The position numbers and the translations under genes were made by a program. A stretch of 64,000 nucleotides of DNA, taken from IMG/VR virus record IMGVR_UViG_3300029448_000001, positions 1 to 64,000 of that record; one strand, written 5' to 3'. Positions 19,787 to 32,300 of the stretch are shown here, piece by piece; the first letter of the stretch is position 1, and each line of letters opens with the position of its first letter. Source of the DNA: a virus. The notes under the pieces are model-generated. The model did not search any database and was not told the DNA's origin. It saw only the letters and a program-made list of their open reading frames with translations.

Positions 19787-20314
19787 ATGGCGAAATACGC
19801 ACTTGTAGAAGATAACGAAATAAAAGGAGTCTACGATAATTTACCTAAAACGTGGAGAAACATTAGTAATTTTGATGCTCTTCAAGGTGATACTAGCACT
19901 TTAAAATCTTTTGGTTGGGAAGAAATACAACACCCAACACAAGAGTATGATAAAACAAAATTTAAAAAAGGAAATGTTACTCATACATTAGTTGATGGGA
20001 AAGTTGTAGAATCAAAAACTTTAATTACTAAAAATCTACCAAATCAACAATTCTTCAATGGGTATGAACTTACAGATTCGGGACCTACTGAAGAAGATAT
20101 TGCTAATCAATGGAAATATGTAAGAGAAGATAGAGATAGACGAATGAAAGAAGTTGATTGGAAAATTTTAAGATATCAAAGAGAAGTTAGACTTGAAGAA
20201 ACTCCTACTGAAGATATAGCAACACTAGATACATATATGCAATCTTTAGCTAACATCACACAACAATCAGACCCTTTTGATATAACATGGCCAACTCTTG
20301 ACTCTGAATCTTAA
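19787..20314 (+). CDS. Tail fibre assembly chaperone-like protein
   Basis: C-terminal QWKYVREDRDRRMKEVDW...YMQSLANITQQSDPFDITWP; paralog of 60217..60660. Confidence 0.75.
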   Translation: MAKYALVEDNEIKGVYDNLPKTWRNISNFDALQGDTSTLKSFGWEEIQHPTQEYDKTKFKKGNVTHTLVDGKVVESKTLITKNLPNQQFFNGYELTDSGPTEEDIANQWKYVREDRDRRMKEVDWKILRYQREVRLEETPTEDIATLDTYMQSLANITQQSDPFDITWPTLDSES

Positions 20315-20322
20315 TTTTTTTG

Positions 20323-20330
20323 ACTAAATA
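20323..20330 (+). promoter_or_regulatory. Late promoter variant ACTAAATA for the giant RCC1 gene
   Basis: Ends 6 nt before the ATG at 20337; no SD in between. Confidence 0.5.
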
Positions 20331-20336
20331 TATTTT

Positions 20337-23300
20337 ATGTTAAGACGAGCCTTACTCACAATACAACCTAGCGATGCAGAGACTCCAGGACCACTTTTTG
20401 CGTGGGGATCTAACGAATCTTTTAATTTAGGAGATTCAACACAAGTTCACAGGTCATCACCAGTTCAAATAACAACGGATAACTTTAAGCAAGTTAAGGG
20501 TAACGGACGGTGGTCTGCTGGCATCAAACAAGACGGTTCACTTTGGGTTTGGGGAGAAGCCCCTAGCGATAAAAGACATTTCTCATCACCTGAAAATCAT
20601 GGCTCTTTAACTGGTGTAACAAATTTTTATCCTAGTGAACCTCTTGATAATGAATTAACAAGATTTACTTCACCAACACAATTAAATTCTGGTGCATGGA
20701 CACAAATTGCAGTAGGAAGAGACCATTTATTAGCACTCAAAGAAGATGGAACTATGTGGGGCTTAGGTTCAAATTATTTTGGACAATTGGGATTAGATCC
20801 AATTGCTAACAAATCAAAATTTGAAGTGCCTATGAAAATAGCATCATCTAGTTATAGAGGTACATTTTTTCTAGATACGCATGGTCAAATATGGGGTTGG
20901 GGTCATAATGAGTACGGAGACTTAGGACAAGGAGATACAAAAGCTAGAAGTTGGCCTGTCCAAATCATGGCTGATAAATCATTTACGTTTTTGTATACTG
21001 GTCATCAAAGTACATTTGCTATTGATGAAAATCAAAAACTCTGGGGTTGGGGAAGAGGTGATTTTGGAGTCTTTGGGCAAAACAATACAATACACTATTC
21101 TTCTCCTGTTCAAATTGATTCTTCTAATAACTATGTTAGTGGTGCTTCTCAATATGGAAGTAATTATATTTTAACTGCTAACGGCGAACTTAATTATCTC
21201 GGAGAAAATACATACGGTCAATCTGCTCAAAACGAACCTGTAGGAAATCATAAATCACAACCTGTTCAAATACCTGCACCTGCTGGACAAAAATGGGCTA
21301 AAATATTTACAGGCAATTCAGGTGGTCAAGCAATTACAAATACTGCACAACTATATGTGTGGGGGCTAAACGGAAAAGGACAACTAGGTCAGAATGATGT
21401 TGTTAGTCGTTCATCACCTGTTCAAATACCTGGAAGTTTTTCTTATGTATCAGGAGATAGAGCAATGAGAGGCTTCTATGCTACCTCTCATGGAAGTCTA
21501 ATGCTTAAAGCTACAAATAATGAAATTTATTTTGTAGGAGATAATACATACGGAACTGGCGCAACAGGTGAACTTGTTCATCGGTCTCAACCTGTTTTAA
21601 TTAGTTCTAAAGGAGCAGAAGAATATAAAAACTTTTACATGACTAGAGTAGGAACACACTTTACTACTTCAGCAAATCAAATATTTGCTACTGGTTATAA
21701 TGACAAAGGAGTTTTAGGTACTAATACAATAGATTATTATAGAGAACCACAACCTTTCCCTAATCAATATGATGAACAATGGAATTCAGATTACATACCT
21801 CCGTCTTACTATCTTCATAGATTAGCTTTTGATACTAGCAATAATCTTTACATGTGGGGTGATAGCGAAAACAATCATGCTTACTCAGTCTTCATGCAAG
21901 ATCATTGGTATGACAAATATCCTCTTCATAATCCTGGCCCAGGTCATGATAACAAATATGGGGATATTGCTACATCTAGATATCGTTCATCACCAGTTCA
22001 AGTCGTAGGAACAAATCTCAATTCATTTACTCAATTAGGTTCAGATAGTTGGATTCAAGTATCTGCAAATGAAAATACTTCAGCGGCAATTAAATCAGAC
22101 TTCTCTTTATATGTTGCAGGTGATATGAGAAGACATCAAAAAGGTTTTGACCCATCAAGTAATACTTCTTTATTTGAATTTACAGAAGTGCCTGCTTATG
22201 AACCACATAGTTGGACACAAATTGATTTAGGAGACCATCATACACTTGCATTAGACAACGATTCTAAATTATATGCATGGGGAAGAAATGACTTTGGTCA
22301 ATTAGGCGACGGAACAAAAACAGACAAAGATTCGCCTGTACTAATCGACTCAGGTAGTTGGTCTAAAGTAAGTGCAGGTTATAATCATTCACTCGCTCTA
22401 AAAAATGATGGTAAGATGTATGCTTGGGGTAGTTCAGGATATGGAGAAGTTGCAAACTCTAGTGTTAAAATTATAGATGTTGCCCGTGGAGGTTGTCAAA
22501 GAACAGGCGCTCATACTCTACAAGAATTTGGAGGATATGTTAAAAGTGATGGAACACTCTTTACATATGGTGGAAATCAATATGGCCAGTTAGGATTAGG
22601 AGATAAAATCCATAGGTCTTCACCAACTCAAGTTATGACTAATGCTGGTAGTTGGGTACAAATAGAAGCAGGTGCTACTGTTTTCTTTGGAAGAACCAAT
22701 GATAATAAATTATGGGCTTGGGGAGATTCTCGATACGGAGGACTAGGAACACTTCAAGGATTAAGCACTACAGAAAAAAGTCGCCCAATTCAGATTGATG
22801 GCCACAATGAGCATAATAATCAAGCAATTCGCTCATGGTCTCAAGTAGGATTAGGGTATGGATATGTAAGTGCAGGAATATCAAACAATAATCTATATGC
22901 TTGGGGATATGGTTCTGACGGAACTGGAGCAACAGGAAACATAGATTCAAGGGCACATAAATCATCACCTGTTCAAATAGGTTTATTTCAAAAAGGAAAC
23001 TGGACAAAAACACTAACAGGATATCGTTTTGGAGTTGCACTAACATCAAATGGAACTATTCACACATTTGGATTAAACAACTACGGTCAATTAGGATTAA
23101 ATGATGTTCTCTCTCGTTCACAACCTATTCAAGTTGGAGAAGCAAATACATGGTCTGACTTTGCAGTAGGAGGTTATCATTGCGTAGCTAGAAAGAAAGA
23201 TGGAACTTTGTGGAGTTGGGGTAGAAATGATAGTGGGGAAATAGGAGATAATACAGTAGTTGATAGGTCTTCTCCAGTTCAAATATCTGGAAGTTGGAAT

Positions 23301-26300
23301 CAAGTTTTTGCAGGTGCTAATAGAACATATGCTAAAAATACTTCTAACAATTTATTTGCATGGGGTGGAGCCCCTCAAGGACAACTTGGAGATAACACAG
23401 TTGTAAGTAAATCTTCTCCAGTTCAAATTGTTCTAGGGTCAGATAAAAACTTTACAGTTCTTTCTGTTGGAGGTCATACAGGAGGAATCACAGATTCTAA
23501 TCAGCTATGGATTTGGGGTGTTAATGACTTTGGTCAATTAGGAAATGGAACAACCGCAAATAAATCTTCTCCTGTACAAATTTCAGGTAGTTGGGATAGT
23601 GTTTCTACAAATGATTATGATGGATATCAAGCGACTGATAGAGGCGGTCATACAATAGCTGTATCAAATACAGGAGGACTTTATGCTTGGGGTCAAGGAA
23701 CTCATGGCTCTACAGGATTTAATAGTCTTTCTTATAATGTAAATTCTCCTGTGCAAATTCTATGGGGTTCAAATACAGGTTTTGATGTAGCAAATACTTC
23801 ATTTAAAATTGCCTTAAGTGGTGAAGAAAATTCAGGAGCAATAGACTCTTTAGGTAAATTATGGACTTGGGGTAGAAATGCATATGGAACTTTGGGTCAA
23901 CAAGTTCATGGACAAGCTGGTGATTTTTATCGCTCAGAACCTACAGTAGTTGGAAATACTTTACACACATTCTCTTCAATAGCAAAACTCTCAGCAGATG
24001 CAATAGGTTGTTTAGCTATTCACACAAATGGTCAAGGATATGGTTGGGGAATAAATGACTCTGGTGCAATTGGTATTCAAAATGCCGCTCAACAATCTTC
24101 ACCTATTCAAATAGGTTTAAATACGCATTGGGCATATCCAATGAGTTGGAAACAATTAGCACACTCTAGATATCACTCGGCTGGTATTACTCAACTATCA
24201 GGCAACACAGTAGATTCATTGATGACTTGGGGATCCAATGATGATGGTCAACTAGGCGATAAAAGTGTAGTTGGAAGACAATCTCCTGTTTTAGTAGAGG
24301 CCGCAAGTGCATCTAATTGGATATCAGTAGGAGTCGGATTTAAGCATACAGTAGCAGTCACTTCAGATAATAAAGTTTATTCATGGGGAAATAACGCATT
24401 CTTTAGTTCAATGTATATAGGAGGTCAACGCTCATCTCCAGTTTCAATAAATCACAATACATCTTTTGGACAAGTTCCTCAAGCAATTACAAAAGTAGTT
24501 TGTGGTCCACATCAAACAGCCTTGTTTGCTAACAGTTCATATAAAGGTTATGTTTATACTTTTGGAAATAATAGATCAGGTCAATTAGGAAGACATGGAA
24601 TTTATGACCAAAACTTTTATGGTCCAGCATTAAATGATGATAACAACAGAAGAGGTTATCAAATATTTAATAGTGCAAATGTAGACTTACAATCAGGAAC
24701 AACAGGTTTAAATACTGCTGTTTACGGAAGAGGAGTTCCTGATGGTGGAAATTCAATGTATTATGATTTTCATGCTCAAAATATTACAAATGACAGTCAA
24801 TGGTCAAACTGGAGAAATTCTTACGGATATCAAAAGAGAAATGAATTTGATATAGAGTATATTACTGATATTGATTTTGGAATAGAAAGTTCAAGTGCAA
24901 CAACAGGAGCGAAATATTTTGCTTCAGGTAATAACAGAATAGGGCAATTAGGAACAGGTGAAGCCGCAAATAATACTACAGTAAGTGGTCACTTTGTTGC
25001 AGGCGATTTTGATTCTGTAAATAGAATTCCTAGTAGGTCAAATGCTGTACAAGTAAGTGAAATATCAAACACTACATCAATACTAACACCTACTCTTATA
25101 AATGCAAATAGTTGGTATCAAATATCAGCAGGCAAAAATTATAACTTAGCCATAGATGCAAATAATAAAATATACTCTTGGGGTAGAAATGCTGTAGGTC
25201 AACTAGGACAAGGAACAGTAAGTTCTCCTACATCATCACCTACAATTGTAGAAGGTAGTATGTCTTGGAAACATGTAAGTGCTGGAGAACAACATGCACT
25301 TGCAATTGCATCAAACAATAGACTATATGCTTGGGGCGGAAACTTTCATGGGTCAGGAGCAACTTATCATTATACAACAGGACTTAGAAGCGACCCTGTA
25401 CAAATGCCAGCAGTTGAAAGTTTTGATTCTCCTGCAAATTATAGTTTTGTTCAACACGCTTCAGGTAATAATTTCCATGTAGCGATTAGACAAGATGGGA
25501 CATTGTGGTCTTGGGGATTTAATAATTATGGTCAGTTAGGACTAAACGATATAATTGCAAGATCGTCACCAGCACAAATTGATTCGGGTTCATGGAGTAA
25601 AGTCTTTGCTGGCGATAGTTTTGCGGCGGCAATTAATGCTAACAATAAATTATTCATGTGGGGTATTAACGATCATGGTCAACTAGGAACAAGAGGTGAC
25701 GGCTCAACAATCAATCGTTCATCACCACTTCAAGTAGGAATTGAAACAGTAAGTTACTCAATGGTTGCCGCAGGAGATTCATTCTCAATGGGCATACAAG
25801 CGAATACTGGTCATCTATTTGGGTGGGGAGAAAACAATGCAGGACAGTTAGGACAAAACAATACTATAAACACATCATCTCCTGTTCAAATTGGAAGTGA
25901 ACAATGGCTTACAGTTCAAGCAGGTCAATCTCATGTAATAGCTATAAAACAAAACGGAACTCTATGGGCTTGGGGCGGAAACTCTGTAGGAGAATTGGGA
26001 GATGGTACAACTGTACTAAAATCTTCTCCTATACAAATAGGAACAGCGAACAACTGGTTTACTATATCATCTGAACCTTTAGGAAGATTTACTTTAGCAC
26101 TTACAACTGCCAATCAATTGTATGGTTGGGGAGAAAATAATCAAGGTCAAATAGGTCAGGTAAATACAACAAATTATTCTTCACCTATTGTAATACATTC
26201 AACATCAAGTTGGACAGCCATTTCTGCTGGTAGATATCACTCTATGGCTATTAGCACAGCAAATAAATTATTAGGTTGGGGATATGGAACAACAGGTCAG

Positions 26301-29300
26301 TTGGGAGATGCATCAACTCAATCTAAATCATCTCCTACACAAGTCAGTCTTTCTAATTGGAAAACTGTAGATTGTGGAGAATCTCATGTATTAGCTTTAA
26401 ACACAAGTGATGAGTTATATGCTTGGGGTTATAACGGTCAAGGTCAATTAGGATTAAATAACACTACAAATCAATCTGTTCCTCAAGCAGTCGGTTCAAA
26501 TACATGGAAATTTATAAATGCTGGTTACAGAGGAAGTTCTGGTATCTTAACAAACGGAGATTTATATCTTTGGGGCCAAAATGATTATGGACAATTAGGA
26601 GATAACACAGTTGTAAACAAATCATCGCCTACAGTACTCGCAGGTAAGTGGGATAAAACAGCTATGTCTCAAGAATTTACTCTTGCTCTTGCAAATGGAA
26701 CTGGAATAGCTTGGTCTTGGGGATTAAATAATAAAGGTCAACTAGGAAACTTTGGATTAGATGGAAGTGTTGTTAATAGATCATCACCATCTCAAGTCGG
26801 AGAGTTTCATACTGGAAACACATGGATAGATGTTGCAATGGGAGATGACTTTACTGTTGCTATTCGTGAAGACAAAACTATGTGGGGTTGGGGTAAAGGT
26901 AACAACGGAGTTCTAGGAAATCTTAATATACTTCATAGGTCATCACCTGTACAAATAGGTACAGCTTCATGGGATCAAGTTGCCGCTGGATATTATCATG
27001 TAGTCGCAGTCGCAAATTCGACTGGATATCTATATGGTTGGGGTGCAGGAGCAAATGGAAAAATAGGGCATAATAAAACTACAAACTCATCTTCACCTGT
27101 ACAGATAACATCAGATGCATATAAAAATGTTGCCGCCGGAGAAATAAATTCATTTGCTATTAAAAATGATGACACTCTTTGGGGTTGGGGATATAGATGG
27201 GCTAATGGTTGGCCTGGAGATGGAAATCGTTATGCTAAATCAGAACCAGTTCAAGTTTGGAATGGAAATTCAGCAGAGAATCATGATTGGAAACAAATGG
27301 CCGCCGCTACAAATCACGCTGTTGCAATTAAGCATGATGGCAGTCTATGGACTTGGGGACATAATGGCTATGGAGAATTAGGTCAAAATGATGTAAAACA
27401 CCGTTCTTCAAGAGTTCAAGTAGGTACAAGTACTGATTGGATAGAATGTCATGCTTCAATTTACGGAACATATGCCATCAATGCAAACAATCAACTATAT
27501 GTTTGGGGATATAATAATTATGGGCAGTTAGGAACAGGTAACAGAACAAACTATTCATCGCCAGTTCAGGTAGCTGGAAGTTGGATAACAATGAACGCTG
27601 ATGAATATACTGTAAGTGCAATAAATTCAGCGAATCAATTATTCAGTTGGGGTTCAAATAATTATGGTCAAGTAGGAGATGGAACTAAAATAAATCGTTC
27701 TTCTCCTGTACAAGAAAACTCAGGACAAAGTTGGAGAAAAGTAACTGGTGGGTCTAGTGGTGTTAGTGGACATAAGTTAGCACTTAGAGAAGATTATACT
27801 CTTTGGGGTTGGGGATATAATGGAGGTAACATTATTGAAAGAGGTAATGGCGGAAATAGAGCGACAGGTGGTGCCCATGCACAAATGCAAAAATGGCAGA
27901 TAGGAACAGAGATTGAAAATCAATCTTATACTTATGTAAGTTCAGGTAGATATACTAACATGGCAATTGCCGCAAATGGTTCTATATGGGTAGCTGGATA
28001 TAATGGATATGGCCAATTCGGAGTAGGTGATGTACTTAATCGTTCTTCAGCAGTTCAGCTAACAGCAGGTGCAGGAAAGTCTTGGATTGAAGTAGAACAA
28101 GGACAAAACTTTGCATTCGGTATTAAAAATGACGGAACTCTATGGAGTTGGGGTCACAATAATTACGGTCAGCTTGGAGATAATAGTATCGTAAACAAAT
28201 CTTCTCCTGTTCAGATTACACACCCAGGCGGAAGAAGTTGGCTTCATGTTGTAGGAAATGAAAACGGAGCGGCCGCTTTAGACCAAGATAATAAACTTTA
28301 TGCGTGGGGATATGAACTTCAAGCCCCACCTAACGCAAATAATGCCTTAAATACTGGAGCCTATCATAGTAGACCTATACAAATAGATTCTTGCGAAACT
28401 CATGAAAATAGAAATAGTTGGAGACAAATTGCTTTAAATACAGGAGCAACATCATTTACCTCTGCCGTCAGAGCAGACGGAACTTTATGGACTTGGGGTC
28501 AAGATAATCACGGACAGTTAGGTCATAATACACTAAACATACATTGTTCCTCACCTGTTCAAGTAGGAGGTAGCTGGTTAGCAACAGCTATAGGAAATTA
28601 TTTCACAATAGGAATTAAAGACAATGGAAGTTTATGGGCTTGGGGATATAATAATTATGGGCAGTTAGGACAAAACAATATTAATATTAGTCGCTCATCT
28701 CCTGTACAAATAGGTAGTTCTACAGATTGGAAACAAGTTAGTGCGACAACTTCTGGTGCGGCCGCCATCAATGCGAACAATCAATTATATGTTTGGGGAT
28801 ATAACACTTATGGAGAAATGGGACAAAATAATACAGCACATTATTCTTCTCCAGTTCAAGTAGCAGGTAGTTGGTTAATGGTTTCAGGAGGACATCATTA
28901 CTTCTTAGGAATTAAAACTGATAGAACACTACACGCATGGGGTTACAATAGTTCAGGTAGATTAGGAAATAATTCAGTAGCAAATAAATCAAATCCTGTA
29001 CAGATAGGATTATCTCAATGGGGATTCGTAGATGCTGGTTGGGAACACTCAGCCGCTATTAGAAAAGATGGTAGACTGTATATGTGGGGTCTTAATAATA
29101 TAGGACAATTTGGAAATACACAAAACTCTACTATAAATGCATCTTCACCTGTTCAATTACCTGGAACAGATAGTTGGGCTCAAGTAACAACTAAAACATA
29201 TAGAGCAACACAGGCACTTAGAAGTGATGGAGCGTTGTTTGTATGGGGTCAAGATAATACTGGTTGTCATGGAACATTTGACTATAAACACGCTTTATCT

Positions 29301-32300
29301 AGAAGAGAAGTTTTAAATGCAGAACACAAATCATCTCCAGTTCAGATTCATCTCGATTATCATTATAGATCGTTTGTTCCTGTCGTAAACAAAAGTTATG
29401 CAGTAACATTTGGAGGAACTGGATATTATAGTTTAGATGACGGAATCACTCCTGCACAATTGAATAGAGATGTCTATTTGTATAGAGGAGTTTCTTACAC
29501 GTTTAACGTAAATGCATCAGGACACCCATTCTATATTAAGAGTGCTTTAGGTTCAGGCTCAACAGGAGAGTATACGAGTGGAGTGACGAATAACGGAACT
29601 GATAGTGGAACAGTAAGTTTTGTTGTTCCGATGGACGCTCCAGATACTTTATATTATCAATGTGGCATTCACTCAGGAATGAATGCTGTTATAAATGTAA
29701 CTGGTAATACTACATTTAAATTATTAAATGGCGGATATCAACACATATTTGCCTTATCAGGAAATGCACAGTTTAGTAATCTTTATGGTTGGGGTTACAG
29801 AGAAATTGGAAGAATTGGAGATACGACTGGTCAAAGAACTGCATCAGTTAATGGAAGAAGGTCTGCTCCTGTTCAAATAAGTAATTTTGAATCGTATGAT
29901 TCTTTCACTCATGTATCGTCAGAATCAAGAGGTCTTCAAGCCATAACAGCTAATGGACAGTTAATGGTTTGGGGATATGGAGATAATGGTGAGTTAGGAC
30001 AAGGTGATGTTACTAATTACTTCTCTCCTGTTCAACTTGGCGGAAGGTCTGCAAACGTAGCCGCTCCTATTAACTTTACTTATAGAGGAACAACTAAGTT
30101 ACCAACTTCTTGGTATATGGCATCTGGTGGACAAAGACAGTCAGTTGCTATTGATACTTCAAACAATCTGTGGTCATGGGGATTAAACAACTACGGTCAA
30201 GGTGGATTAAATCACCCACTTAATAATGATCGTTCACAGCCAATGCAGATTGCTGAAACAAAAGATATTTCATTTACAAAAATAGATTCAGGTGAAACAT
30301 ATTCGATTGCAGTTGCAAATGATGGTTCGCTATGGAGTTGGGGTGTAGGTGAATTTGGACAATTAGGATTAACATCAAGAATAGCACGTTCCTCTGCCAC
30401 ACAAATAGGTTCAAGTAGTTGGACATCAGTATCTACAGGAGAAAGTCATGCATTAGCTATTTCATCAAATGGCTCTTTATATGCTTGGGGTTCTAATAGA
30501 TACGGACAGTTAGGAGACAATACTAAAATTAGCAAGTCTTCTCCTGTGTTAATATCAACATCTAGTTGGTCTGATATAGGAACTGGAGAGTTTCATAGTA
30601 TAGCGTTAAGAAATGATGGTAGAGTTTTTGTTTGGGGAAGAAATGACTTTGGTCAATTAGGCCTTAATTTACAAAATGAACATATAGGAAACGAAACTGC
30701 TTACAAATCATCTCCTGTTTCATTAGGAACAAGTAGCTTTGTATTTGTAACAGCAGGCAAAGAATCTTCTTTTGCAATTAGAAGTGATAAAGCATTATTC
30801 TCATGGGGAGCAAATCAGAACGGAGTTTTAGGGCAAGATGATTTAACATTTAGATCATCTCCTGTACAAATAGGAACATCAAGTTATAATTTTGTTTCAA
30901 GTGATGGCTATCATACAGTAGCAGTTACTTCAGATAATAAATTATTCTCATGGGGTAGAAACTTAGAAGGACTTGTTGGAGACAACACAATAATAAATCG
31001 TTCATCGCCAGTTCAAATATCAGGAACTTGGTTTACAGCTTACGCAGGAAATAACACAACACATGCAATCACAACTTCTAACGCAGTATTTGGTTGGGGT
31101 TATGGAGGATTTGGTGGAATTGGAGATAATGAAAGAATTCATAGATCATCTCCAGTTCAAGTAGCAACAGGAACTAGCTTTATCGCAGTTTCTTCAGGAA
31201 ATGGATTTTCACAATTTATTGCCGCTAACAATACTTTATACAATACTGGAATGGTAGAACACGGATATCTTGCAACTTCTACAGCGACAACTCCACAAGG
31301 AAATGCACCTTACTTAGCAGGTTATGATAAATGGAAATGGGCTGAAACTGGAAATGAATTTACTCTCGCTGTATGTAAAGAAGGTCGTACAGGATTAATT
31401 GCAAATAATTTATATGGATTTGGTAGAAATTTAGGTTCTCCTATTGATACAACTTATGCAGGCACTACTGTAAATTATCCAGTTCCGATTGTACATTTAG
31501 AAGATGGTGAAAGAAGATTTTTCTCAGGAAATACACAACCTACTTATGCTAATGTTACATATGGTAAATTAGCTAGGTCAAACTTTGGTATTGATGTTTC
31601 AAATAGAGGAGGTAATGGACTTGCAATTGATGATACAGGAACTTATAGAAATAATGGAACTGGTACTGATTACGGAGAATTAGCAAAAACAAATTTACAA
31701 ATTGATGTAGGTGCCGCTTCAATATTTCATAGGTCATCGCCTGTACAAATAGGAGCAGGTAGTTGGGCAGTCATTGCATCAGCGTGGACGGCAAGTTATG
31801 CAATTCGACATGACGGAAGTTTATGGTCATGGGGTGGAGGAGGAACTGGTAGATTAGGATTAAATCATGCCTCAACCATATATTCTCCAGCAAGACTTTC
31901 TAGTTCAGAAAGTTGGAATGCAGTCATGTCTATAGGTGCTGGAGCATTTGCACTTAGAAAAGACGGAACAATGTGGTCATGGGGTGCAGGTGGACAAGGA
32001 AGAGGAGGTAGAGGAGATACATTAAATACTTCATCTCCAATTCAAATAGGTACTGACGATACTTGGATCGCACTTGCAAACACTACAGGACAAGATGATT
32101 TAGATTGGACAGGAGCGATAGCAAATACTAACGGAACATCAACTAGTGGACATCTTTATGCTTGGGGTGATAGTGCATCTGGTCAATTACATCAAGTGGG
32201 TGTATCTGAAGGTCCTCACGGCATGCCTGGTATTCATGACTTGTCTTCTCCTGTTCAATTAGGATTTAAGAGTTGGTCAAATGTAGATTCTGGTTATAGA

